Assembly: GCA_950097015.1 (NCBI GenBank)
Contig: CATNEN010000015.1
Span: 434,001 to 498,000, forward strand
Origin: Macrostomum hystrix
Lineage: Eukaryota; Animalia; Platyhelminthes
DNA: 64,000 nucleotides
Reading direction: 5' to 3'
Shown: positions 12,663 to 23,859 of the stretch, in pieces
Position numbering within the stretch: position 1 is the first letter of the stretch
How the letters are laid out: each line of letters starts with the position of its first letter
Program-made: the position numbers and the translations under genes
The notes under the pieces: generated by a model
Database searches by the model: none
Seen by the model: the letters and a program-made list of their open reading frames with translations, nothing else
What the model was told of the DNA's origin: nothing

Positions 12663-13435
12663 GGGGAGGTTTCTCGAAACCAACTTAGGAAAGACCATAG
12701 ACGTAAGTTGCCTAAACCAGACTTAAGGTTTTCTGGAAACGAGCGCAAAATCCCGTCTCTTAGGATCCATCTTATATTTACTAGGTCGTATGTTTGCGAA
12801 GAAAGTCGTTTCTCGATCGCTTCTTAAGTCTATGGCCCATCCTACGGTTGATCCTAAGTCTAAGAGTGGTCGGTACCGCTCGTAAGCTGTCTTTTCTTTG
12901 CAAGCAAGGCTTGATATTGTTATTTTCTTCTGATTTGTTTGTATGCGCTTTCTGCTTTCTGTTTTCAAAGTTTAGCCAAATGGCGTCTGCTTCCGTTAAC
13001 GAGCTCCAAATTTCTCAACTGCTGAAAAGGAGGAACTGTTAGATGGCGTCAACAAGTATTTGAGCGTCATCAATTCGAAGGATCAAAAAGCCGAAATACA
13101 GAAACAAAAAAATCATGCTGGGACGCCATTGCGGAGCGCGTGAATGCCATCGGAGGGAACAGGCGGACCGGGGACGAATGTAGAAAGAAATGGTGCGACC
13201 TTAAGTCTGATGTCAAGACGAAATCTATCAGGGTATCTTTGACATGGAAGCCAAGCCACGATTTCAGCCATAGACAGTTCTTTTCGCTTCTGCTCAACTT
13301 ACGCACAGCCTAAGTTGCGCAAAAGAAAAGATGGCTTTGGGAAATGTTCTTACGAACACACTTAGGGTCTGCGCAAATTCCGGACTTACGGGGGATCTTA
13401 CCATAGATCTTATGACACTTTCGAGAAACCACCCC
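12663..13435 (+). mobile_element. Non-autonomous PIF/Harbinger DNA transposon (773 bp)
   Basis: 17-bp TIRs with 1 mismatch: GGGGAGGTTTCTCGAAA (12663-12679) and TTTCGAGAAACCACCCC (13419-13435). 3-bp CTG TSD at 12660-12662 and 13436-13438. Internal Myb/SANT ORF; no DDE transposase. Confidence 0.85.
12980..13235 (+). pseudogene. Frameshifted Myb/SANT-like (Harbinger ORF2 type) DNA-binding domain
   Basis: Adding one A in each of two A-runs (about 12998 and 13110) gives MASASVKRAPNFSTAEKEELLDGVNKYLSVINSKDQKAEIQKQKKSCWDAIAERVNAIGGNRRTGDECRKKWCDLKSDVKTKS, the typical Myb_DNA-bind_5 pattern. Confidence 0.8.
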
Positions 13436-13642
13436 CTGACCATGATCGGCAGGAAAGGCTCTGCTTCACTGAAACTTTTATCGCCCATAGACAGCACGAA
13501 ATTTTCTCGGCAGATAGGGCTTTTAATGTATGGTCAGCAGAGCTACTTAAACTACTACTTAAACTACAAGGACTACTTAAACTACAGGGACTACTTAAAC
13601 TACAGGGACTACTTAAACTACAGGGACTACTTAAACTACAAG

Positions 13643-13893
13643 TGTGGAGTCGGACTCCAAATAAGAAAGCTGAACAGTGTGTGTCCGTGAGAAGCCTCGT
13701 AGTGGCTAAGCTTCGCTTGCCGTGATTCACCGCGGCCATGCGGCCACTATATTTACCTTGCTCCCGGGAGGGGAGACTTCCCAACATGCCTCCGCCTGTT
13801 TGGGGGTGGGGAGAGAAAGATAGCGTACTGTACTCTGGGTACGGGCAGACAAGGGTTCGGAGCGCACACAAAGAGTTCGAAGCAAACACTACA
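13643..13893 (-). repeat. 3' LTR of the Gypsy element
   Basis: Same 251-bp sequence as 17896-18146, preceded on the minus strand by the purine tract GCGGGAGGGGAAAAAC. Confidence 0.95.
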
Positions 13894-13927
13894 GTTTTTC
13901 CCCTCCCGCAAGAATGGCCGCAGTTTT

Positions 13928-14859
13928 TTAGTTCATTCTCGGAGTCCCCAGCTCAGTGTACAGCAACCGGTCCGGCTCTTGCCGCGTCCGCAGTGACTGA
14001 CGCGCCGGCAGCAACCCGCCGGCCTCCGCACCACTGTCGGCGGCCTCCATTTCGCCGGTTCTGTCAGCTGTCACATCGGCGTCGCCTGCAGGCTGCTCCT
14101 GTGGAATTCGCGGCCGCAGCTGATCGGCGTGCCGCCGCGCGATGACGCCGTCGTTGGTCTCCACTCGGTAGCTGAGCGGCCCGGTCTGCTCTGCAACCCG
14201 GCCCTCCGCCCACCGTTCGGCGCCGCGGCGGTAGTCTAGGGCCCACACCTGGTCCGGTAGGTAGTCGGCGTGGCGAGCTGTGCGGTCGTGGAGCTGCTTC
14301 TGCGTGGCCTGGGCCCGCAGCACTCGGTCTCGAGTCGATGGCCGCATCAGGTCCATGCGGGTGCGCAGACCGCGGCCGAGCAGGAGCTGTGCCGGGGCCC
14401 GGCCAGTGGTCGGGTGTTCCGTAGCGCGGTAGCCGAGCAGCCAGTTCTGCAGCCGTCTGTCGGCATCCCCCGCGTCCTCCCGGCTGGACTTCATGGCCCG
14501 CTTGAAGCTGCCTACCAGGCGCTCCACCAAGCCGTTGGTCTTCGGGTGGTACGGGCTGCTGCGGATATGCTGGATGCCGTTGCTCTTGCAGAAGTCGTGG
14601 AACTCCGCACTAGCAAATGCCGGTCCGTTGTCGGACACGATCTGGCGTGGCAGCCCCCACTGCGCAAACAGTCGCCGAAGCCGCTTGACGACTTCGGCGC
14701 TCGTCTGGCCACCGACTCGCTCCACGTGCGGCCACTTGGAATGCGCGTCCACCACCAGGAGGTAAATCTGGCCTTCCATGGGACCCGCGAAATCCACGTG
14801 GATCCGCTCCCACGGCTGGTCCGGCCAGATCCAGGGGTGTACGAGCGTAGCGGCGCTTT
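13928..14859 (-). CDS. Gypsy pol, part 2 (integrase catalytic core and C-terminal GPY/F-like region), in the -1 frame
   Basis: HPWIWPDQPWERIHVDFAGP, IVSDNGPAF, SSPYHPKTNGLVERLV, YRATEHPTTGRAPAQLLLGR, TGPLSYRV, RRHADQLR; stop at 13928. Confidence 0.92.
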
Positions 14860-17800
14860 CATCTCCGGTCGCGTCTGCTGGCACTGGCTGCAGGCGCTGG
14901 CCGTCCGCTCGATGTCCTGGTCCAGGCCGGGCCACCACACGAAGCTGCGCGCCACCGACTTCATTCTGACGACTCCAGTGTGATCGGTGTGCAACTCCTG
15001 CAGCACTCGAGGCCGCAGGGCTGCGGGGATGACAACCCGCGAACCCCACAGCAGGCAGCCGTCCTCCAGGCTGAGCTCGTGCCGCCGTCGGTGGTACGGC
15101 TCCTGGGAGGCGCGCCAGGTGCCCGGCCAGCCATCCTGTGTGAACCGCCGAACCTCCTGAAGGTCGACGTCGCGGCGGCTGGCTCTGGCGATGTCCCTGG
15201 CCAGCAGCGGCCAGTCCTCGCTACCTGGCCGCTCTTCGTCGGTCCAGCACACGCCGCTTGGGTCCGCTGACTCCGCCTTGATCGCTAGGGGTAGCCTCGA
15301 CAGAAAGTCCGCGTTGCCGTGCTGGCTTGTGTTCCTGTAGCTGATGTCGTAGTCGTAAGCGGCCAGGGTGAGTGCCCACCGCTGCAGGCGCGCTGCCGCC
15401 GTCGCCGAGACGCCGGTTTTTGGGCCGAAGATGCTCGTCAGAGGCTGGTGGTCGGTGATGATAGTGATCTTCTGGCCGTAAATGTAATTGTGAAATTTCT
15501 TGACGCCGAAGATGATCGCCAGCGCCTCCTTCTCGATCTGGGCGTAGTTCTTCTCCGCAGCATTCAGGCTCCTGGAGGCGAAGGCGATCGGTTTCTCAGT
15601 TCCGTCGGGCGCCACGTGGGAGATAACGGCTCCGATGCCAACAGAGGAGGCGTCCGCGGCCAGCACCAGCGGCCAGTCGGGGTTGTAGCAGGTCAGAACG
15701 GTGTCCGACGAGAGGGCCTCTTTCAGTGCCTCCCAGGCTGACTGCTGGCGCGCGGTCCAGTCCCACGCGGTGTCCTTTCGGAGGAGTTCGTACAGCGGGG
15801 CCGCTTTCGTAGAGAAGTTGGCGACGTGCTTGGCGTAATAGTTGGCCAGGCCGAGGAACGACCGCAGCTCGGACACGGTGGCTGGCTTAGGGCTGGCCCT
15901 GATGGCCTCGACCTTCTTGGGGCTCTTCCGGACCCCCTCACCGCTAATGAGTGAGCCAAGGTACTCCACCTCGCTCTCGAAGAACCGGCACTTCTCCACT
16001 TTGAGTCGGAGGCCCGCGCTGCGCAGGCGGCTCAGCACCTCCCGCAGGTTGTTGAGGTGATCGGCCGTGCCCTTGCCGGCCACCAGGATGTCGTCGATCC
16101 TGCAACACGTCGAGCTGGTGCCCTGCAGCACGGATTCCATGATCTGCTGGCAGAGCGCTGGCGCTGAGCTGACCCCGTACGGCAGTCGCTTGAACCGGAA
16201 CAAGCCCTTGTGGGTGTTGATGGTGGTCAGGTCCTGGCTGGCCTGGTCCAGCGGAAACTGCAGGTAGCACTCAGACAGGTCCAGCTTGGAGAAGATCCTG
16301 CCGCCGCCGACCGCGTCGTAGAGTTCTTCTGGCGTCGGCATTGGGTAGTGGTCGGTCTTCAGCTGTGGGTTCAGCGTGACCTTGTAGTCACCGCACAGCC
16401 TAAGGGCCCCGTTTGGCTTGCTGACGGGCACCACCGGTGTCGCCCAGTCGCTGTGCAGCACCGGCTCGACAACCCCCGCCTCCTGAATCCGTTGCAGCTC
16501 TGCCTCGATCTTGGACTTCAGAGCGTACGGGACAGGCCGGGCCTTGCAGAACCTCGGCTGAGCGTCCTCCTGCAGCCGTAGCTTCACGCTGTGCCGTGTG
16601 AAGCTACCCAAGCCCGGCTGGAACACATCTGCGAACTCCTGCAGCAGGCCGTCCAGTTCTGGCGGCGTGGCGGGGCTGGAGGTCGTGGCCGGCACCGTTG
16701 GGCTGCTGATCGCGAAAATCTCCTTCCAGTCCAGCCGGATGCCCCTGAGCCAGTTCCGGCCCATCAGTGGGCTCGCCTTCTCCAGGCTGGTGACGATCAG
16801 GGGCAGCTGGCAGGCCTGGCTGCCGTACTCCACCACCACCTCCGCCGAGCCCATGACAGGAATGCTCTCGCCTGTCCAGGTGCGCAGCTTCACCTCCGTC
16901 TTCTGCAGCTTCGGCCGGCCCAGCTGCTCCCAGTGCCGCTTGGACACGAGGCTGACGCAGGCTCCGGTGTCCACCTGCATTTTTAGTGGCCGTCCATTGA
17001 TGTTCAGCTGGACGCTGATGTGGCTCTCCTCACTGCTGCGGACCTGGGAGACCCACGTCACCTCGAAGTCCTCGCTGTCGCTGCTGCTGTGCACCTCGCT
17101 CCCACCTCTGTTGACAGCCCGGATGGACTTCCGGCTCTTGGAGCCGCTGAATTTCGAGCCACCCCTCTGACTGCTCGAAGCTGCCCCGGCGCTGGCCTTC
17201 TGGCTGGACAGACAGACGGCCTTCAGGTGTCCCAGCTTGCCGCAGGCGTGGCACTTGGTGTTCCTGTGCGGGCACTCGGAGGATAGGTGCTGCCTGGAGC
17301 CGCAGCGCATGCAGGGCCGCCGCGGTGGCGGGGCCTCTCCTACCTGGTTGACCTCCGGCCTGGCCCGCCAGCTGTTGGCCTCCGCCTCTGCCATCTCTGC
17401 CGCCTGAGCGATCTCCTTCGCCTTGTCGAGCGTCAGAGTGCTGACGGTCAGCAGCCGCTTCTGCACTTGCGGCTCCCGGAGTCCGCAGACGAAGCAGTCG
17501 CGCAGGGCATCCTCCAGGAAGGTGGCGAAGTCGCAGGTCTCCGCCAGGTTCCTGAGGGCGGCCAGGAACTGAGCTGCGGACTCTCCGTCCCTCTGGGTCC
17601 GCTTGTAGAAGCGAAACCGCTCGGCGATGACCGGCTTCTTTGGCTGGAAGTGCTCCTTGAGTCGCTTGACCAGCTCCTCGTAGTCCAGGTCCGTAGGCTT
17701 TGCAGGCGAGCACAGATTCCGGAGAATGGCGTAGCATTGGCGGCCGATCAGAGTGAGAAAAACAGCCTTCTTCTGGTCCTCCCCCTTGATCCTGTTGGCG

Positions 17801-17883
17801 GTCATGTACAGGGCGACGCGCTCCTCGTAGGCGCACCAGTCTTTTCCCTCCTCGAAAGGCTCGACTGTGCCGATGCTAGACAT
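14860..17883 (-). CDS. Gypsy gag-pol, part 1 (gag with two CCHC knuckles, aspartic protease, RT, RNase H, integrase zinc-binding region)
   Basis: ATG at 17883 (MSSIGTVEPF). CMRCGSRQHLSSEC and CHACGKLGHLKAVC; VDTGA; LCGDYK, KLDLSECY, CRIDDILV; LAADASSVGIGAV, YAQIEKEALA, ITDHQPL; H-x6-H...CSQC. Homology moves to another frame near 14858, although the raw ORF runs on to 14512. Confidence 0.93.
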
Positions 17884-17894
17884 CCTCGTCGCCA
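17883..17894 (-). promoter_or_regulatory. Primer binding site of the Gypsy element
   Basis: TGGCGACGAGGA begins 1 nt after the 5' LTR; TGG pairs with the tRNA CCA end. Primer tRNA not identified. Confidence 0.8.
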
Positions 17895-17895
17895 C

Positions 17896-18146
17896 TGTGG
17901 AGTCGGACTCCAAATAAGAAAGCTGAACAGTGTGTGTCCGTGAGAAGCCTCGTAGTGGCTAAGCTTCGCTTGCCGTGATTCACCGCGGCCATGCGGCCAC
18001 TATATTTACCTTGCTCCCGGGAGGGGAGACTTCCCAACATGCCTCCGCCTGTTTGGGGGTGGGGAGAGAAAGATAGCGTACTGTACTCTGGGTACGGGCA
18101 GACAAGGGTTCGGAGCGCACACAAAGAGTTCGAAGCAAACACTACA
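17896..18146 (-). repeat. 5' LTR of the Gypsy element
   Basis: Minus strand TGTAGTG...CTCCACA, followed by g-TGGCGACGAGG (PBS-like) and the gag ATG. Confidence 0.95.
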
Positions 18147-21100
18147 ACAAGGACTACTTAAACTACAGGGACTACTTAAACTACAGGGACTACTTAAACT
18201 ACAGGGACTACTTAAACTACAGGGACTACTTAAACTACAGGGACTACTTAAACTACAGGGACTACTTAAACTACAGGGACTACTTAAACTACAGGGACTA
18301 CTTAAACTACAGGGACTACTTAAACTACAGGGACTACTTAAACTACAGGGACTACTTAAACTACAAGGACTACTTAAACTACAGGGACTACTTAAACTAC
18401 AGGGACTACTTAAACTACAGGGACTACTTAAACTACAGGGACTACTTAAACTACAGGGACTACTTAAACTACAGGGACTACTTAAACTACAGGGACTACT
18501 TAAACTACAGGGACTACTTAAACTACAAGGACTACTTAAACTACAGGGACTACTTAAACTACAGGGACTACTTAAACTACAGGGACTACTTAAACTACAG
18601 GGACTACTTAAACTACAGGGACTACTTAAACTACAGGGACTACTTAAACTACAGGGACTACTTAAACTACAGGGACTACTTAAACTACAGGCACTACTTA
18701 AACTACAGGGACTACTTAAACTACAGGGACTACTTAAACTACAGGTACTACTTAAACTACAGGGACTACTTAAACTACAGGGACTACTTAAACTACAGGG
18801 ACTACTTAAACTACAGGCACTACTTAAACTACAGGGACTACTTAAACTACAAGGACTACTTAAACTACAGGGACTACTTAAACTACAGGGACTACTTAAA
18901 CTACAGGGACAACTTAAACTACAGGGACTACTTAAACTACAGGGACTACTTAAACTACAGGGACTACTTAAACTACAGGGACTACTTAAACTACAGGGAC
19001 TACTTAAACTACAGGGACTACTTAAACTACAGGGACTACTTAAACTACAGGGACTACTTAAACTACAGGGACTACTTAAACTACAGGGACTACTTAAACT
19101 ACAGGGACTACTTAAACTACAGGGACTACTTAAACTACAGGCACTACTTAAACTACAGGGACTACTTAAACTACAGGGACTACTTAAACTACAGGTACTA
19201 CTTAAACTACAGGGACTACTTAAACTACAGGGACTACTTAAACTACAGGGACTACTTAAACTACAGGCACTACTTAAACTACAGGGACTACTTAAACTAC
19301 AAGGACTACTTAAACTACAGGGACTACTTAAACTACAGGGACTACTTAAACTACAGGGACAACTTAAACTACAGGGACTACTTAAACTACAGGGACTACT
19401 TAAACTACAGGGACTACTTAAACTACAGGGACTACTTAAACTACAGGGACTACTTAAACTACAGGGACTACTTAAACTACAGGGACTACTTAAACTACAG
19501 GGACTACTTAAACTACAGGGACTACTTAAACTACAGGGACTACTTAAACTACAAGGACTACTTAAACTACAGGGACTACTTAAACTACAGGGACTACTTA
19601 AACTACAGGGACTACTTAAACTACAGGTACTACTTAAACTACAGGGACTACTTAAACTACAGGGACTACTTAAACTACAGGGACTACTTAAACTACAGGT
19701 ACTACTTAAACTACAGGCACTACTTAAACTACAGGGACTACTTAAACTACAGGGACTACTTAAACTACATGGACTACTTAAACTACAGGCACTACTTAAA
19801 CTACAGGGACTACTTAAACTACAGGGACTACTTAAACTACAGGGACTACTTAAACTACAGGGACTACTTAAACTACAGGGACTACTTAAACTACAGGGAC
19901 TACTTAAACTACAGGGACAACTTAAACTACAGGCACTACTTAAACTACAGGGACTACTTAAACTACAGGGACTACTTAAACTACAGGCACTACTTAAACT
20001 ACAGGGACTACTTAAACTACAGGGACTACTTAAACTACAGGGACTACTTAAACTACAGGCACTACTTAAACTACAGGGACTACTTAAACTACAGGGACTA
20101 ATTAAACTACAGGCACTACTTAAACTACAGGGACTACTTAAACTACAGGGACTACTTAAACTACAGGGACTACTTAAACTACAGGGACTACTTAAACTAC
20201 AGGGACTACTTAAACTACAGGGACTACTTAAACTACAGGGACTACTTAAACTACAGGGACTACTTAAACTACAGGGACTACTTAAACTACAGGGACTACT
20301 TAAACTACAGGGACTACTTAAACTACAGGCACTACTTAAACTACAGGGACTACTTAAACTACAGGGACTACTTAAACTACAGGGACTACTTAAACTACAG
20401 GCACTACTTAAACTACAGGGACTACTTAAACTACAGGGACTAATTAAACTACAGGCACTACTTAAACTACAGGGACTACTTAAACTACAGGGACTACTTA
20501 AACTACAGGGACTACTTAAACTACAGGGACTACTTAAACTACAGGGACTACTTAAACTACAGGGACTACTTAAACTACAGGGACTACTTAAACTACAGGG
20601 ACTACTTAAACTACAGGGACTACTTAAACTACAGGGACTACTTAAACTACAGGGACTACTTAAACTACAGGGACTACTTAAACTACAGGGACTACTTAAA
20701 CTACAGGGACTACTTAAACTACAGGGACTACTTAAACTACAGGGACTACTTAAACTACAGGGACTACTTAAACTACAGGGACTACTTAAACTACAGGGAC
20801 TACTTAAACTACAGGGACTACTTAAACTACAGGGACTACTTAAACTACAAGGACTACTTAAACTACAGGGACTACTTAAACTACAGGGACTACTTAAACT
20901 ACAGGGACTACTTAAACTACAGGGACTACTTAAACTACAGGGACTACTTAAACTACAGGGACTACTTAAACTACAGGGACTACTTAAACTACAGGTACTA
21001 CTTAAACTACAGGGACTACTTAAACTACAGGGACTACTTAAACTACAGGGACTACTTAAACTACATGGACTACTTAAACTACAGGCACTACTTAAACTAC

Positions 21101-23859
21101 AGGGACTACTTAAACTACAGGGACTACTTAAACTACAGGGACTACTTAAACTACAGGGACTACTTAAACTACAGGGACTACTTAAACTACAGGGACTACT
21201 TAAACTACAGGGACAACTTAAACTACAGGCACTACTTAAACTACAGGGACTACTTAAACTACAGGGACTACTTAAACTACAGGCACTACTTAAACTACAG
21301 GGACTACTTAAACTACAGGGACTACTTAAACTACAGGGACTACTTAAACTACAGGCACTACTTAAACTACAGGGACTACTTAAACTACAGGGACTAATTA
21401 AACTACAGGCACTACTTAAACTACAGGGACTACTTAAACTACAGGGACTACTTAAACTACAGGGACTACTTAAACTACAGGGACTACTTAAACTACAGGG
21501 ACTACTTAAACTACAGGGACTACTTAAACTACAGGGACTACTTAAACTACAGGGACTACTTAAACTACAGGGACTACTTAAACTACAGGGACTACTTAAA
21601 CTACAGGGACTACTTAAACTACAGGCACTACTTAAACTACAGGGACTACTTAAACTACAGGGACTACTTAAACTACAGGGACTACTTAAACTACAGGCAC
21701 TACTTAAACTACAGGGACTACTTAAACTACAGGGACTAATTAAACTACAGGCACTACTTAAACTACAGGGACTACTTAAACTACAGGGACTACTTAAACT
21801 ACAGGGACTACTTAAACTACAGGGACTACTTAAACTACAGGGACTACTTAAACTACAGGGACTACTTAAACTACAGGGACTACTTAAACTACAGGGACTA
21901 CTTAAACTACAGGGACTACTTAAACTACAGGGACTACTTAAACTACAGGGACTACTTAAACTACAGGGACTACTTAAACTACAGGGACTACTTAAACTAC
22001 AGGGACTAATTAAACTACAGGGACTAATTAAACTACAGGGACTACTTAAAATACAAGGACTACTTAAACTACAGGGACTACTTAAACTACAGGGACTACT
22101 TAAACTACAGGGACTACTTAAACTACAGGGACTACTTAAACTACAGGGACTACTTAAACTACAGGGACTACTTAAACTACAGGGACTACTTAAACTACAG
22201 GGACTACTTAAACTACAGGGACTACTTAAACTACAGGGACTACTTAAACTACAGGGACTAATTAAACTACAGGGACTACTTAAAATACAAGGACTACTTA
22301 AACTAGTCCAATAGACTAGTCCAATAGTCCAATAGATTTAAGTAGACTAGTTAAACTAGCACATCTGGCCCAATTGTGGCATGTGTAATCAATTATTACT
22401 AATATATGTGACATGAAAAAACTTTTTTATCTCAGCAGCCGAAAAACTCTGAATCCACAGATTTATGAACGGAAAACTAAAAGCGGAACTATTTTATTGG
22501 TATTAACGTTCAAAGAAGTCAATTGAGCCAATGTGCACTGCCAGTAATTTGGTAACATGACAAGTTAGACTTGGTCTCTGCCGCTTCCACAAACAATCTT
22601 CATGACGATGAATTTGCAGCTCTCTGCAATCGACCTGCTCCGCATTGACCTCGCGGTCAAGTTTTTTCACTCTCGGTCAAAAGTGTGAGCATCTAACGAA
22701 TGGGCTACAGGCTCCTTTGAAGACTGAAAGTTTTAATACTCAAATTAAGCGTGCTAAAACTCGAGTCGAAGCAAATTTTATTTTTCTACTAAAACAGTTA
22801 CTGAAGTTCAGATACAACAGGGAATATATGTTGAAATGAAATGAATGGATCAGTGGGCATTAGTCCAGATTTTAGTTGCCAATGTTTGATTAGAAATCGA
22901 TAAACAACATCCAGAACTCAGCAGATGGGTCTCCGATGGCTTAGCGAAAATGGCAGCAAAATCAGTATCCGGCGCTGCGAAGCTCATTGCACCCGAGACC
23001 AACTGACAAGCAACGGGAGAGGAAAAAACAGCGTTAGCTTGCAGCCAAGACTTTTTGTGCTACTTCGAGTAAGCGAGTGCGCAACTGCGCTTCAAAAATT
23101 GCTGTAATAAAATTCTATAATTAGATTACTGTCAGTGAAGGAAAGAAAATAATGAATAAGTGGGGCGCACGAACAGCTTAGAACTCAGGTAAAATCTGCT
23201 CTCAGGTTAGAAAGCGATCGCAGTAGTTATATAGACTGAAAGCATGCGACAGTGAGGCTAAAACCGAAGACAAGAGTCGAGTTGCTAAAGTGAAGCGGAT
23301 AGTATTGAAGGCTGGGGTGAGATGCAGGGCGCGCATCACAGGTCATCTGGGCACCTCCACGGTGCAATAGCCGAACATGTATTATTTAGTAGCTCTGCAC
23401 CTTCTGGAAATCGATGCAAAGCCATTAAATAGCCTCATCATGCGGACAGGTCAAAGCTTTAATTGACATCGTTCCAAAAGACAATTCTTAGAATTTGACG
23501 CCGAGAGGAAACCGCTGCGGAGGGGCGGCACTTTGCTGTAGTAAAAAAATAAATTGAACGAAAAGTTTAGCGGCACAAACAACGGCTACCTGAATAGAAA
23601 ACTTCAAAAAGCCAGTTCTGAAGAATCTCAGCGACACAAAAAATAGAAATCAAAGTTTTACAGAGCTTAGGTAGTAAAAAAATAGTTTAAGAAACTAGAT
23701 ATGCCGAATGCAATGGGATATTCGTACTCGTAAAAATGTAATGAGAATGTGCTCAGAGCTCCCAGAGTGCAACTCCAAGTTTTTCACCAGCAGTCAAATG
23801 GAATAATGACGGCAGATTGCACTGATCAGCGCCTCTTAACTTCTCCGAGCGCTAGAGGA

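Larger units (their letters stand above)
13643..18146 (-). mobile_element. Full-length Ty3/Gypsy LTR retrotransposon (Mag-like), 4504 bp
   Basis: Two 251-bp TG..CA LTRs, identical by eye. 5-bp TSD ACAAG at 13638-13642 and 18147-18151. PBS next to the 5' LTR, PPT next to the 3' LTR, domain order gag-PR-RT-RH-IN. Confidence 0.97.
13543..22304. repeat. 18-bp satellite (GGACTACTTAAACTACAG)n, split by the Gypsy insertion
   Basis: About 100 bp left of the LTR element and about 4.15 kb right of it (18147-22304). Variant patterns recur at 450-bp and 1296-bp offsets. Confidence 0.97.

Noticed and set aside
14850-14865. Programmed -1 ribosomal frameshift
   Set aside because: No slippery heptamer, and the position inside integrase is atypical; an indel is simpler.
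14270-17943. Numerous plus-strand and alternate-frame ORFs over the Gypsy element
   Set aside because: Antisense or shifted shadows of GC-rich gag-pol with no motifs of their own.
18147-22304. Long open (NYRDYL)n frame as a repetitive protein
   Set aside because: One frame of an 18-mer is open by chance. No splice or start context, and TAA-creating variants are tolerated.
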